Source: Geosiphon pyriformis uo1 (taxonomy: Eukaryota; Fungi; Glomeromycota). Taken from it: a stretch of DNA of 64,000 bases. Below the pieces are notes generated by a model. It made no database searches. It saw nothing but the letters and a program-made list of their open reading frames with translations, and had not been told where the DNA came from. The stretch lies in the NCBI GenBank assembly GCA_016748015.1, contig JAAOMT010000608.1:1-64000 (forward strand), given 5' to 3'. Below, one piece after another: positions 1 through 14,438 of the stretch; the first letter of the stretch is position 1; each line of letters begins with the position of its first letter. The position numbers and the translations under genes were made by a program.

Positions 1-161
1 TTTATTTCAAGAACACTAGGTACTTGATAAGCAACTGCAGTTTCACCTCGAGTAACTGAGTTTATAGGGGTGGCGTTGGTTAAAAAGTTAAAAAATGTCA
101 AAAATAAAACAGATTTAATGAAAATCCTTATATTTTTAGAGGAGCCTAATAAGAGCTTCAT
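1..161 (-). CDS. 5' end of a putative secreted protein running off the window (possible tandem lipase-like paralog)
   Basis: Manual translation from ATG 161: MKLLLGSSKNIRIFIKSVLFLTFFNFLTNATPINSVTRGETAVAYQVPSVLEI..., open to the window edge. Signal-peptide-like N-terminus ending in xPI, like the lipase-like genes (TKPINN, ANPISL). Confidence 0.5.
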   Translation of the reverse strand, partial: MKLLLGSSKNIRIFIKSVLFLTFFNFLTNATPINSVTRGETAVAYQVPSVLEI

Positions 162-614
162 ATTCACTATGTTAAGAAAGCGCTAGACTATTTTATGAGT
201 GATTTTTCTTTGGCAAAGAATTTTTTTAGCCAAGTGAGGTTCTCTTTATAATCGTATTACTTTGCTAATAAATACTTTTCATTCATTCATATTTTATTTA
301 TGTTTTATTTATTTGTTGCTATGTATCCTCCGTGAGGTCTTTAAAGCGATTTTCATTTCCTCTCTGGTTGGTATAATTTTGGTACTCTATGTGTATGTTT
401 TTATATCCCTGTTTGAAGTTGGAGAAGAAATACTTTATAGAAGTAACCTATCTTTCTTGAAGCTGCAATATGTGAGATGTTATTAAATTTATTTCACATG
501 AATCCTGAGAAAGTCAATTGTAATTTCGTTAACTTCTTTGTTATTAAATTTTCTATTTGAAGACTTGGGTCAAAAAATATTATATTAAGCGTTAATTTCG
601 AAATCAGATTTCTG

Positions 615-2144
615 TCATAGCAGCAAATCAGTTGCGTCACCTAAATTTAAATCTTTTACATTTAAATTTTCAATATTAACATTATTACTCAGATTCAGAG
701 GATACAGGGAATCATTTAATGTAGCGAATTGGTTATCAGGCAACTCTAAGCTTGACTCAAGAGACTTTTCTTTTTGGTTGCAATCTTTCATATTTATACC
801 AATGTAGGGCCCAAAGTGGTCTTGGATTATAAAATTCTTTTTGATAAGACAAACCTATGAAACAGTGAGCTGCTTTAGAATTGATAAATTTTGTTTCCAA
901 AAAAACGAACTATTCATTTACCTCTTCGTTAGGACACCAATACGCAACACCATTTGCTGGATTTTGCCAAATTGCGATTCCTGCAGAAACATAAATTGAA
1001 TTTTTCCCTCTCGAAGCTAGAGTGGGAAATGGATCATTTCCGTTTAAGTAACGAATTACGTTGATGTTTGAGCTCAGTGCATCCACGAATGGACGATTTC
1101 CAACTTGTGGTGTCCCAAAAGCATATACAGAAATCTTGAGTTGGGCTGTGGCTAAACCAAAAATTTCTTTAGCTGAAGATTTTAAAAACAAACCAACTGG
1201 CTTTTAAAAAAATATATACATACATTTAAGATTTAAAGATACTGCGGCGAATTGCGCATAAGCTATTCAATTAATATTAGACAAAATTTTTATTCATATA
1301 GGAAACTGATGAGGTAGAGGTCAAAATCAAAGAGTAATAAACAAAAAAAGCTAACCTCCGCCCAAACCGAATCCAGTTAAAACTATGTTCGATACTCCAG
1401 ATAATTTTTTTAGGGATTCCACAATCCTATCCAAATTGGCAGCCGCCCATTCTTCGTATGGTTTATATAAGCTTTTAAGGACCTTAGAATTCGAGATTCC
1501 TGGAAATTCCGTCGGTTCAGACTGCATGATACGATAAGGAAGTGGAGAATAGTCCTCATCACCACTAAATCCTAGAATTAATAAACCTTTTGTTTGCCTC
1601 TCACTTACTAGATTCGATATTTATGTTTGGAATAGCAAGAATTAGATTAATAAATATTTAAAATGTACAGTACATTTAAAAGTGACTTACCAAATACCTG
1701 GGCAGATTGGATTTTGTTTGCTTTTCGCTGACAAAATGTCTCTTTGGCTAGATAAGCATAGTGCTTGTGCACAGCCAACTCTTTTGAAGAGACTTTTTCA
1801 TAATTTTGATATGATATTTGATTTGGCATCAACTCTCCTAGTGTAGAATCGTGAGGGAATTCTGAGGGTGTTACTTGGATATTCTCATTATTTAAGATTG
1901 TAAAAGGTTCATTTCTGTCACTTTGCAAATTTTGGGTTGTATCAATATTCGAAAGGGAAGAGTATAACTCGGCATCATCTGGTGTTGCAAATAAGATATC
2001 AAGTTGGTCCGGAATTGGAGCGGAAAGTCTATCATTATTTATGGAATTATTAATCGGTTTTGTAATTACTACGTGGATGAAAACAGAAAGCAGAACTGAA
2101 ACTATGATGAAACGCTGCAAAAGCTTGAATAACAAAAGTAGCAT
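615..2144 (-). CDS. Secreted lipase class 3-like protein lacking the catalytic Ser (GFGLGG)
   Basis: Exons about 2144-1691, 1607-1356, 1262-1224, 1172-922 and 854-615, GT-AG introns, frame maintained. Signal peptide; motifs IVLTGFGLGG, FGTPQVGN, RYLNGNDPFP, DHFGPYIG. Confidence 0.85.
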
Positions 2145-2899
2145 TTTATTGATAAAAAGTTATTAGGATTAGAGAAGAATTGGAAAATTTTTAAAGAACT
2201 GCGAAACCTTATATTTGTATTGCCTGTATAAGATCAACAAAAAACCTTTGCCCGACTCTTCAAAGAGCGAGAAAAAATATTTTGATATTGTGCCCAGATG
2301 CTTTTGAAATTAGAAACATATAATAGATGACTAAAAAATTGATGTTTATATTTGATAGGAATAAATAGATGTGCGTCGGATAAAAAATCGGTATTTTTAG
2401 ATTTATCCTTTTCGAACGTCTGCACAATTGAAAATGGTATTTAAAAAATTAGGAATTGAAACTCCATCACTATATCGCAAATTTTTTGCGATGAAATTTA
2501 AATCTAAAGTCTGGTACACAAGGTATGTGAGTAATTTATTATTTTTCCACATATGCCACCAGCTTCAACTTTTTGTCAAAACACGTTCACAATATATGAT
2601 AAGGTTAGAAAACTCAAAAAACTGAGATGGTAATAGCCAAAAGAATTATTATAAATGCTTATACAAAGATTCTTCCATTTCAATAAAAACTTTACTGAAT
2701 GTAGGTTTTTTGAAAATGACCAAGGCAAAATTTTACAGATAATATAATTTCGAGAGACTTTTAGTTTCACATTAATTATTTTTTGAGCTCTTGGCATTCT
2801 AATAATAAAATTCCTTATTTCATAAATATCAGTTAAGAATTCTCAAGAGAGTTATTAAAGAATGGTTTTTTTGGTGTTTGAATAATCACAGATTTCTAA

Positions 2900-5450
2900 C
2901 ATGGAAATCAGTCTACATTTAAAATGTAATTATATATTTTTAGATACTTTAATAATTTAAATTATTATTAAAATAGCAATTTTATTAATATTTTCATTAA
3001 ATTTATCAATTAATTGTAATTACTATTTTATTTAATTAATATTAATATTAATATTAATAAATACACAGCATTAATAAATAAAATTTATAGAAATTAAATT
3101 CTTAATTGATAATATAAAACATTTACTTTAAATTTGTAACTTTAAAAAACTGTATAAATTAATATATATTTTAAATTAATATTTATTATATAATATTATT
3201 TTTAAAACCAATATCTGTAATAGATAGCAAAAATAATAAATAAAAAAATATAAAATTAACCAAAAAAATCTTAGCAAAGAAACAAAATTGAATGTGTAGG
3301 TAATTTAATTGATATAATCATTTTTAAATTTAGAGTTGTAATATTTTCAAAAAAAATCTGAAATAAACATATTTGTTATTTTCAGCAAAAAATAACTATT
3401 GCTATAATTTTATGTCTCAATTAGCACTTTTAAAATTATAAAAGCAAATTTCTTACTTCTTAAACTAATTCAAAATGAAAAAAATATATTGAATTACTTT
3501 AATCCAAAAAAAATGTTAAAAGCGTAATTAATTCTTTATTTTTAAAATGTTTAAATATCTTTTTACAGTTTTAGAAGATTTTAATAACATAATTAATAAA
3601 AATGACAAATTAACAAAAATTAAAAATTGAGTCAAAAATTTGGTTAATAATCAAATGAATAATTAAGTTAGCAATCAAATCATTGATCAAATTAACAATT
3701 AATTCTAAATATTAATAAATTTAATAAAAATATAAATAAAATTTTCAACTTGAAAATTCAACTATATATTATTCTCTTTAAAAAATCAGAGCTTTAGCAA
3801 AATATATTCTATTTGTTCTAATTTAATAACTGCAAAGTTTGAAAAACTTTACAAATTGTTTAATGAAAATTTAAAATATAATTTTTAAATCTAAAATTGT
3901 CAATATTCTTAAATTGTTTTTTTCAAAAGTTTTATCTTGTTAATAATTTTACCAGATTTTTCTTACAATTCAATTTGTTGTTTGGTAAAATTTTTTTAAT
4001 TATGTTGAAAAGTAAAAAAAAGTTATACTGTTAAATAATTGTGTATATATTTTTCTTGAATTGATAATAATATGTACTTAGTGTATTAATACTTTTTATT
4101 TATTGTTAATTGATTAAAAAAAATGTTGAAATAGTTTTCTGCAAAATATTTTGAAGTTTATTTTAAAGATTTTATCCAAAAAAATAATTGTTTATATTAA
4201 ACAAATTTTTTATTTGAAAATTTGGGCTTTTATTTACTTTTTTAAAAAATATTCGTGTTTTCAATAATAATTCAAAAATAATACTAAGTTTTCATGGCAA
4301 AATGTTTTTATATTTATTTCTATTATTTACTTGAAAAATATAAATATTATTTTAATTAACAGTTCATTAAGCAAAAAAAGCTGATAATAAACTTTATTTT
4401 ATAGATTTGTGTTTTTACTTGTTTTTGCTAATATTTTACACAATTTTTTTTAACTAAAGAATAAAAAAAAAGTTTTTTTTCTGTTAAATAATAGGCTTTT
4501 GGCAATTAAAATAGCAAGTTAATTAGATATATCTTTGATTTCTATCTATTTTGTAAAGTAATTAGTGTTTTTTAGTATTAAGACTTTTGTTTATTTATTG
4601 ATTTCAATATTTTTTATTTTTGTAATGCAATATTGAATAGTTATATTTGATTTTTTTTTGGTTTCGAAAATATTTTAAAATAAAAATAGCTTTTAATATG
4701 TGTAGTTGTTTGTATAAAATAAATTAATATGAATTAGAGTAACATATTAACAGATAGTAAGTTAGAACAAATATTATATGACGAGAAATGATTAAAAAAC
4801 AATTCAACTAAATAAGCAAATTGAATTTGTAAAAATTTAATATGTAAAATGAGTTTGCATAAATATTTTAGTTATTATTATTTTTAAAAGAAACAAAGAA
4901 ATCTCTACTATTAGTAAAAGATAATACAGTTATTATAATTGTATACCTTATGTCAACACTTTTATAATTTAATAATATATATTATTTGTATTTTCTAGTA
5001 AACATTTATTCAATATACTTTACAAAAAACTAAAAATATACAAATCAAGAAAAAAAATAGTAGAATATCAATGATTAATACATAATTGATAGAAATAAAA
5101 TTAATTAAAGTATAATAATTTATTTTAATATTTGTAAAATAAAATTTTTTTGTATTAATTAAAATGATTTAATAAAAAAAATATATATTAAAAAATTTTA
5201 ATCAAATAAATTTATTAATTTTTGATTACTTTTTCATTCAATTAGTCAAAATTTTAAAGCATAAAATTTTTTGATCAAATTAAGTTTGACAAGTAAGTTT
5301 TTGTATCTGTGATTTTTTTAGTGAAAATATATCCATTAATTTGTTTTACAACAAATTAAGTTGGTTTTTGCTTTTTACATAATCTATTTTATGCTAATTT
5401 TTTTGTTGGCTTTTGGATATAGAAAAACTGGATCTTTTCAAAATAGTTAA
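2900..5450. other. Extremely AT-rich island, probable hypermutated repeat relic
   Basis: Almost no G/C or CpG, no ORF of 60 aa or more, texture similar to the decoded LINE relic at 51-54 kb. Family not identified. Confidence 0.5.
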
Positions 5451-5696
5451 ATGGGTTGTTTTTAACGAAAATAAAAACTCATTATTCACATTTTTTCCTC
5501 ACACGTCTTCGGAACTAAAAAATTTCATTTGCTAAAATATAGCATCCTAGTTGTATGAAAATTTAATTATTAATAAGATTTTTAGGATATTGGGAAAATT
5601 TTTCTACATATGAGAAATATCTCATAAATACTCAAAAATTACAACTTCGTTAATACATGTATCAGGTAAAAATAATTGTACAAACAAAGCCTGTTA

Positions 5697-6918
5697 TCAA
5701 TCGATTTTTAAAATAATCTTACCCACAGCGCGACATGTCTCGCTAGCTTCATGAGCTATTGCTCCATCTTTCAATTCAAACACTTGACTAACAAGCGTCA
5801 CGATCTCCCTTCTTTCTAAATATGGAACTAACTTGGCAAAATCTTCAAATGGTAATCCCAAAATAGACCTATAGCCTCGTAGACTGGAAGCTTTTCTCCA
5901 CAAAGATGTACCAACCACCGACAATAATTTACTGATTCCCAATTTCTGTTCACCAATTGTTTCATCCGGTCCAACAGCCGTTACAAAAACTCCTTGCTTT
6001 TTTAAGAGAGCAATTGATTTTGTGTAGTTATCCTCTCCACCAATTAGGTCTAAAACCAAATCAAATGTTTCCCGTTCAGATTTTAGAGCCTCTGAAAAGT
6101 CTTGCGTTTTGTAATCGACCAAATGATCGGCTCCAAGAATTTCGACTATCGACGCGTTTTTACCAGAGCAGATTGCTGTTACGTGGGCTTGGTTAATTTT
6201 TTTTGCGATTTGTACGGCAAACGTCCCGACACCACCTGAAGCACCGATTATTAGAACTTTAGTGTTGAGCTTTTTTGCTGATTCACCGGTTGGGAGGTTA
6301 CCACTTGTGATGAGACCATCCCATGCTGTAAGTGAACACAATCCAACACCTGATGCTTCAATATGAGTCATGGTTGACGGCTTTTTAGCAATTGTTCCTT
6401 TTAAGGCATCCACTAGAATGTATCTAAAGAAAATGGTTCAAGAAAAATTTGATTATAAAAAAACATTTGATCAATATTTGCAAGAAGGAAAAATTACTCT
6501 GCATATGATCCAGTCCCACTGAATGAATTTCCTGCTAATCCAAAAATATCATCCCCAATATTATATTTGGTAACTTTTGAGCCTATTGCTACAATAGTTC
6601 CCTTAAAAATTCAAACGTAATTTTCAGCTTGTAAATTTTATGTTTTAAATTTTCAAAAGATGGCACTTTCACAATAAAATACGGTTAACATACGGAAAAA
6701 TCAGTTCCTAAAATAGCGGGAAACTTGAGCCCCTTTACTGCTGAAAAAATTCCTCGTCGAATTTTCCAATCTATAGGATTGATACCTGCTGCAAATACTC
6801 TTACAATCATTTGCGTTGGAGAGGTAATTGTTGGTGATATTGTTTCTGCATATTGAAATACAGAGGGTGGACCATACTCTGTTGCTTGTAATGCTCGCAT
6901 AGCTGTGGGGACTTTCAT
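5697..6918 (-). CDS. NAD(P)H quinone oxidoreductase-like, MDR / zinc-binding dehydrogenase superfamily (RTN4IP1/ceQORH-like)
   Basis: Exons 6918-6694, 6601-~6498 and ~6423-5697. Motifs AAGINPIDWK, ILGTDFSG, GSYAEY, VLIIGASGGVGTFAVQIAK, C-terminal RAVGKIIL. Confidence 0.92.
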
Positions 6919-9705
6919 AACGATGGATTAGATTAAATTCAGGAAAATTAAAAATTTCAAAATTAATTACAGAATGAAGGCTATTACCTTCCGATTCATT
7001 CATTTAATTGTTAGGCTCAGATGTTGAGTTAAAAATTTTCTCTGTTGTTTTGAAGACAAGATTGATAAAATTTAAAAAAATGGAAGTTTCATTGTTAATT
7101 TCAACTTAAAAGTTAAAACAGAAAGGGAAAGGTAACCTATCTAATGAATCCGGAAAAATTACAGCCCGAAGCTAGACATTGTGTTCTCAAGTTAGTACCG
7201 AAATGATGTCATCAAAATATATTATTTTCTTATTAATTTGGGACCATGTTACAATCGGAGAGGTTTTAAAGTAACTGGCTTCAATAACAAAATTAACGAG
7301 TAACTTTTCAAATGTAAAAATCATGGCTGTCGTGAAGCATAAGATGTATAAATGTAGTAATTTCGGCTTTTTGCGTGGGCCCTCAGTTTTTAATGTCAAT
7401 ATTCTAGTATTGTGACGTAATTGTACTCTCCAAATTAAATGCCGAGTTACATTCTTTTACATATCGAAATTGAACGTCATACTTTTAATTTAAAGGTCAA
7501 CTTATCAATTAATTAAATTTCTTCAAGAATAGAATTCCGGAACCGATTTCACTTCAAAAAAATTTCCTTTTTGGTTTCTATGGTGAAAGATCAAAGTAAA
7601 ATCTGAATAATATATGAGTAAAATAAGATTTCAAACTGATTGGTATAAGATTTATTTACAGCAAATTTAGAATCATGAAATGGGGATTTAGAAATTAAAG
7701 GTAGTTGGAAAAACATTAATAACCTTGGAGAAAAATCTTCAAACCTCTAAATTGAGAAAATCTTAATTTATTTTTAAGTTTGACCTACTTTAGAAAATTA
7801 CTTTTTTTTAATTGATTAATTTTAAAAATTCTTTTTGAAAACAATATTTTAGTCATTATCTCAGCATTTGGCAAAGATTCAAATATATATTTTATTTCAT
7901 TAAAAATAGGCTTTATTTCTCTTTTTTTCCTGTGTCATAAATTAATATGAAAATGCTATATACTAATTTGGAAGGAGCATAAATGTTACTTAATATTTCA
8001 ATCTTTTTCCTCAACTTGAAAGCTAGAAAATTGATTTAAAAGGTTGAAAATTTATTCTGAATGATTGATAATAAATTAGGTTACCAGGTGCGAGGTTATA
8101 GATTAAGCCAAATTTCCTGAGTCTCATAAATAAACGTAAAAATTCATTTTTGTCAGAGAAATTTGTTATCATTTTGATGGATGCTGCCAAAAATATATTC
8201 GGTTTCAGTTTCATGATTAGAATTTTTATTTTAATCTTGAAAGATATTTCTACTTTCTCCCCAAATTCAAATAAAATAACTTGATCTCCTGAATAATATT
8301 TAAAAATGAAGTATCCATTCATGTTTGAATGTAAAAAAAAAATCTAAAAAGTTCAGTCTTGCTATTCAAAATTTAGATGAAACTTGTGCATAAAGTTTTA
8401 ATATTGTCAATCTAACTTAGAAATAGAATTTTTTTTTTGAGATTGGGAATAAACTTTATGTCCCAAAGATTTAATTATGAAGAATTTTAAATTGACGACA
8501 TATGCTCTTGGATCAGACTGTGATACTTATCGTATAAGTGACAGTTTTAATATACGTAGAGGCTAGATGGTTATTCAAAAATTCACTCTTTTCTTTTTTT
8601 TTATATCTAAAACTCTTTCCTTTGATCTTTATTTTTAATTTAAATTCTTTGAAAATATTTAATCAATTACTGATCAAAGGCTAGCTGCCTCTTGAACATG
8701 TTAAAACTTCAAAATCATCATTTTATTAAGTACAAAAACCCATGACAACAAATTATAAAAAAATTTCCCTAGATAATAGGTTTTAAGTTCGAGAAAATAT
8801 TAAAAGAAAGAGTAAGGAAGAGTATGAAACTTAATCCCGAAAAATTAGTAGGGGCAGTGAAAGATTTAAAAGGTATGGGCATTTTTTAAAAAGTTGTTGT
8901 TATTTGAGAAACGGCCATCGTTATTTTTCTCCTTATGAAATAGTTAAACGTCATAGTTTTTTGGAGCTGATCCAGGTGATTTGCAAAGAAGATTAATCTG
9001 AGATTTGAATGATCTACCTGTTTTTGGCATTGAAGCAAAAATTCTCCGTGACTGACGCATGGATACAGTAACTCTAATTTTAAATTTTTTTCTTCAATCT
9101 ATAAAAGATAAAAGGCTGTTTCAAATTTTAATTTCAGAATGCAATAATTTTTAACCAAATATTTGGAATTCTAAAATAGGAAATTTCAAGTTATTTACTT
9201 TTTTACCACTACATGTTTCATAGAACAAATATCAAACTTAAATAAAAAACGAGATTCTGCAAAACAAATAAGCATTCTCAAACATTTGAAATTGGCGCGC
9301 TTTTTCTACTTAAAAATTCTTAAACCATCCTTGACATCTGAAATTGGATTCACAATGAATAAGAATAGTAAACACCTAAATAATTCTTTTCTGAATGATA
9401 TCTTTGAATAAGATGAAGATTACACATTATCGCGTCTCTTTGATTATAAAATAGACAAAACGCAGGATAACTGGGATTTTTTTATTCTCTTTTCGAAAAT
9501 ATATATCTTTACCTCAATATTTTTCTATAAATTTTAGTGAGTTTTTCTTGGAATATTTTATTCTACTTTTTCTTAAACTTTTTTTTTATTCCTGTTTGTT
9601 TAAAAATCTATCACTAGTCAGTTAATCTCCTAAAGAAAAAATATCAGTACTATTATAATTTGGATTGATAAGAGTCAATATTTAACATATTAAAAATATT
9701 CTGAT

Positions 9706-12700
9706 ATGGTGAATTTCAAATATTCCACACCTTTGGTTCAGGTTGTGGTAGTGGGTAAGCTTCTGGCTCGTTTGCGATTCTTCGCCAAAGCAAAGGCTAA
9801 AGTGAAGATTGTAGTAAACTCATGAATAGGTTTCCTTCTTTACAACCACAGGGATCGTACTGCTCCTTACGTCTGGCATGTTTAACGCCTTGAATGGTAA
9901 ATTTGGGTTAAATGATTTATTCTTTAATCTTTTCAATCTATCTATTATTTCGACCTACTTTTAACTTCATTTATCACTCCATCTCAATTGAAAAAAAGGA
10001 ATGGGTGGTGGTGGTCAACTTAATAGCTCCGTAGCTTCAAACGCAAATGTCGCGCTATACACCACCTTCTCTGTAGGTGGTTTGATATCGGGTGCGATTG
10101 TAAATATCATTGGTCCACGGATAGCAATGGCCATTGGTGCCACGACTTTTTCTTTATATGCTGGCTCCTTGTTAAATTTTAATCATAACCAAAACGAAGC
10201 ATTCGTGATCATAGCAGGAGCTTTGCTTGGATTTGGTAAGTTAGATAATTGGCTAGGATCATGTGATTTTGTCAGATTCCGAATCCTCGATTCTGTGTAG
10301 GGTCGTCTGAGCTTTAGACTCTGAGTTGATTTAATCCGATCATGTAGGTGCGGCGTTAATATGGACTGGCGAAGGGGCCATTGTTACGTCGTATCCGTCA
10401 GAAAAAAACAAGGGAAAATATATAGGAATTTTTTGGGGGATTTTTAATATGGGTATGTAAAAATCAACTTTTTTGATTCTAATGATCCATTTACTATGTC
10501 AAAAACTTAATAATTTGCATCTTAACTTATTAATTCCATCTAATGCAGGTGCTGTGCTTGGCTCCATCATAGCTTTAGTACTTAATTGGAATTCAAAAGA
10601 GGGAAAGGTAAACGATGGAACTTATATCGGTTTTTTAGTGCTCATGGGATTAGGATCACTTTGCGCATTAGCATTGCTGCCACCCAGCAAGGTATTTCAT
10701 AAAGATGGCCGTCCTGTTGCGGTTGAAAGATTTCCATCATGGAGGAGCGAGATGATCGAGATTGCAAAATTGTTTTTTGACTGGCGCATGGTTTTTCTTG
10801 TTCCCATGTTTTTAGCCAGTAACTGGTTTTACGCATATCAAGTAACCATTTTTTCCTTTATGAAATCGTTTTTCTTTTCAATTTTGAAATAGTAAGAAAT
10901 TGACTAAATCTTGTAAATTTTGTGAAATCAATATGAAGTTTAATGACGTTAACGGGATTTATTTCAACATACGGACACGAGCATTCAACGATCTCTGGTA
11001 TTGGGGGGCCCAAATCCTTGGCGCCATTATCTTTGGGAAATTTCTTGATACACAAATTCTGGATCGACGTCAACGTGCCGTCTACGGTCTCTTGATTTTG
11101 GCATTAACCTTTATGGGCACCTGGGCTGGTGGCTTAATCTTTCAGTTAAAATATACACGACACGATTCTGAGGACCTTTCATGGCATGCGATGGACTTAA
11201 AAGAGAAAGGTTATGTCCAAAAGCTTATCCTCTACATCGCTTACGGACTAAATGACGCAATGTATCAGGTGATTATACCAAATCATTTTTGAGATTTAAT
11301 TGTTATAGTCTTATTAATGCTTTCATTTATTACTAGTGTTATGCTTATTGGATCATGGGTGCATTAACCAATGATACGGCCAAACTTTCCCGATACAACG
11401 GGTATGTTTATTTTTTTNNNNNNNNNNNNNNNNNNNNTGGACTGGCGAAGGGGCCATTGTTACGTCGTATCCGTCAGAAAAAAACAAGGGAAAATATATA
11501 GGAATTTTTTGGGGGATTTTTAATATGGGTATGTAAAAATCAACTTTTTTGATTCTAATGATCCATTTACTATGTCAAAAACTTAATAATTTGCATCTTA
11601 ACTTATTAATTCCATCTAATGCAGGTGCTGTGCTTGGCTCCATCATAGCTTTAGTACTTAATTGGAATTCAAAAGAGGGAAAGGTAAACGATGGAACTTA
11701 TATCGGTTTTTTAGTGCTCATGGGATTAGGATCACTTTGCGCATTAGCATTGCTGCCACCCAGCAAGGTATTTCATAAAGATGGCCGTCCTGTTGCGGTT
11801 GAAAGATTTCCATCATGGAGGAGCGAGATGATCGAGATTGCAAAATTGTTTTTTGACTGGCGCATGGTTTTTCTTGTTCCCATGTTTTTAGCCAGTAACT
11901 GGTTTTACGCATATCAAGTAACCATTTTTTCCTTTATGAAATCGTTTTTCTTTTCAATTTTGAAATAGTAAGAAATTGACTAAATCTTGTAAATTTTGTG
12001 AAATCAATATGAAGTTTAATGACGTTAACGGGATTTATTTCAACATACGGACACGAGCATTCAACGATCTCTGGTATTGGGGGGCCCAAATCCTTGGCGC
12101 CATTATCTTTGGGAAATTTCTTGATACACAAATTCTGGATCGACGTCAACGTGCCGTCTACGGTCTCTTGATTTTGGCATTAACCTTTATGGGCACCTGG
12201 GCTGGTGGCTTAATCTTTCAGTTAAAATATACACGACACGATTCTGAGGACCTTTCATGGCATGCGATGGACTTAAAAGAGAAAGGTTATGTCCAAAAGC
12301 TTATCCTCTACATCGCTTACGGACTAAATGACGCAATGTATCAGGTGATTATACCAAATCATTTTTGAGATTTAATTGTTATAGTCTTATTAATGCTTTC
12401 ATTTATTACTAGTGTTATGCTTATTGGATCATGGGTGCATTAACCAATGATACGGCCAAACTTTCCCGATACAACGGGTATGTTTATTTTTTTTGGGTCT
12501 TATTTGTTCCAGATTATTTATAAATCGCTTCTCATTATCATCCAGGTTTTATAAAGCAGTACAATCAGCAGGAGCAGCAATATCATGGCGCATTGATGCA
12601 ATTGGCACGCCATTCTTATCACAACTTCTCATATGCTGGGGTTTACTTGCACTATCAATTCCTGGAGCATTAGTAGTAGCAATGCGCATCAAGGACACAA

Positions 12701-12774
12701 ATTATCAAGAAAATAACGAAGATGATTTAAATCTTAAAAAGGGGGATCTTTCCGAAAAACTCCCTCAGGCCTGA
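9706..12774 (+). CDS. UNC93-like (DUF895) MFS membrane transporter
   Basis: Multi-exon gene from ATG 9706 (MVNFKYSTPLVQVVVVG). Motifs GMFNALNGMGGGG, WTGEGAIVTSYP..KGKYIGIFWGIFN, FLASNWFYAYQ, FNIRTRAFN, RFYKAVQSAGAAISW. The middle part appears twice because of an assembly artefact. Confidence 0.9.
10362..12493. repeat. Apparently exact 1056-bp direct duplication (10362-11417 = 11438-12493) flanking a 20-N gap; unmerged contig overlap
   Basis: Identical ORFs offset by 1076 bp; N run at 11418-11437 exactly at the junction; introns also appear identical. Confidence 0.9.
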
Positions 12775-14438
12775 TCATGAATAGGCAAAGGTTTGAAGAA
12801 TTACGATCAAACTAAAGTTTATTTTACATATATAATTTTTATTACATAAAACGTAATTTTGCTTTGTAAATGGTATGGGAGTTTTCCCTCGTAGTGATAC
12901 AATTAAAAAACGAAATTTTTCGAGACACCAGTGTGCGTAAAATTGAGGCTAAAAGCTTTTGTTTCGCAACCATTTTTTGATATCAAATTAGGAAAATGTA
13001 GAGCCAAATTGGAATTTCTTTAAACCAGCAAAGTGTCTCCTTTAACAGTATAACCGCTTGAATTCGGCGGGTCATAGAACTAATCAATTTACGAAATTAT
13101 TCTTTTGGACTCATCTGTCCCAACTCTCGAATATTAGAGGGCTTAGGTTTACATTTTCAAAGTTTTGATTCAATAGAGATCAAGACTTTGATGTGGCCAT
13201 GGTAAAAGTTCTACCTTTAAGCGTGAAGAAAATCACGTGCGAATTTTGCATGCACTGGTGCATTGTCTTTTTGAAAAAAAGCTTTTTGACTTGTCTTGAT
13301 TGAGAGTTGATATTGCATAAGTGGCAGTAATATAAACTTTTAAATTTTTTGATATCAAATTTTGAAATTCTGATATGTTAGAACTTCTGAATCAATAATT
13401 ACACCTAAAATAATTCTAGTTTTTTTTTCAAAGGGAATATTCTTCCTAATTACTTTTTAAAATATCTTGACCAAAAAATATTTGTAAAAGTAAAATTCAA
13501 AAGGACAAATGATTGCTCGAATTTTAATGAATTCAAAGTTGTGGAAAAATACTCTTATCTGGTCAAAAATTCAGAATTTTTGAAATATTTGTTTTTTCAA
13601 AATTAAAAAACTGGAGAATATATTTAAAACTGCATTGGAAAAAGTAAAATTATAATAAATAACTTGCCTGTGTAAAAATTTTTCAGAAACCTATCTTTAC
13701 TTATATTTTTTTATCACAGTTTAATAAAAAAAAATTAGAGATAAGATATTTTCAAAAAATGAAAAGTAAATTTTATAAAAATATTCATTTGTAAAGTGTT
13801 TTTTTTTATTGAGACTATATTTTGTAAGGTTAAAAATGGATATTCTCGATGATTTTTTTGCAATTTTAAATTCTTGAACATTTTAAAATATTTTTATTCA
13901 ATGAAAACTTTCAACATCTAAAAACAACCACACTTAAATCTATATACACAATATTTTGGGTTGAAAATATTTATCCGATCAAAAAAACTTTTTTATAATA
14001 TTATGGATTAAATTTTTTCATTCTCGGGAAATCAAATTCCCTTTCCCTAACCTACAAAGGAAATTAATTTGATTCTCCCGAAATATTTAATTCTTCAATG
14101 TCAAACTTTGTAGCATATTTCTTATGATCTAATTTCCACAATTACACTACGAAAAAGTCTATTGCTATTTATACAAAAACATTTTAAATTGAATTTGTGT
14201 CAAGTGTAAACTAATTTTGTGATCCAGATAAGAAATAACATGTTTATAGAATAGATGAGTCCCCGTCGATGTTATCTCTTTGTGTATAAATTCCGGAAAA
14301 ACTATTCGAGATTGAAGATCTTGAAATTTTTAATAATATTCGCACGGTTGTTCAATATATAAAATATCCAATGAAAAAGATCAAATTGCAATTTACTTCA
14401 ACTTCTCATTTTCTTCATTAAATAATCAAAATAATAAA

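Noticed and set aside
10362-12493. Apparent internal tandem duplication of the UNC93-like transporter
   Set aside because: Copies appear identical including introns and meet exactly at a 20-N gap; typical unmerged contig overlap. Removing one copy restores a normal gene.
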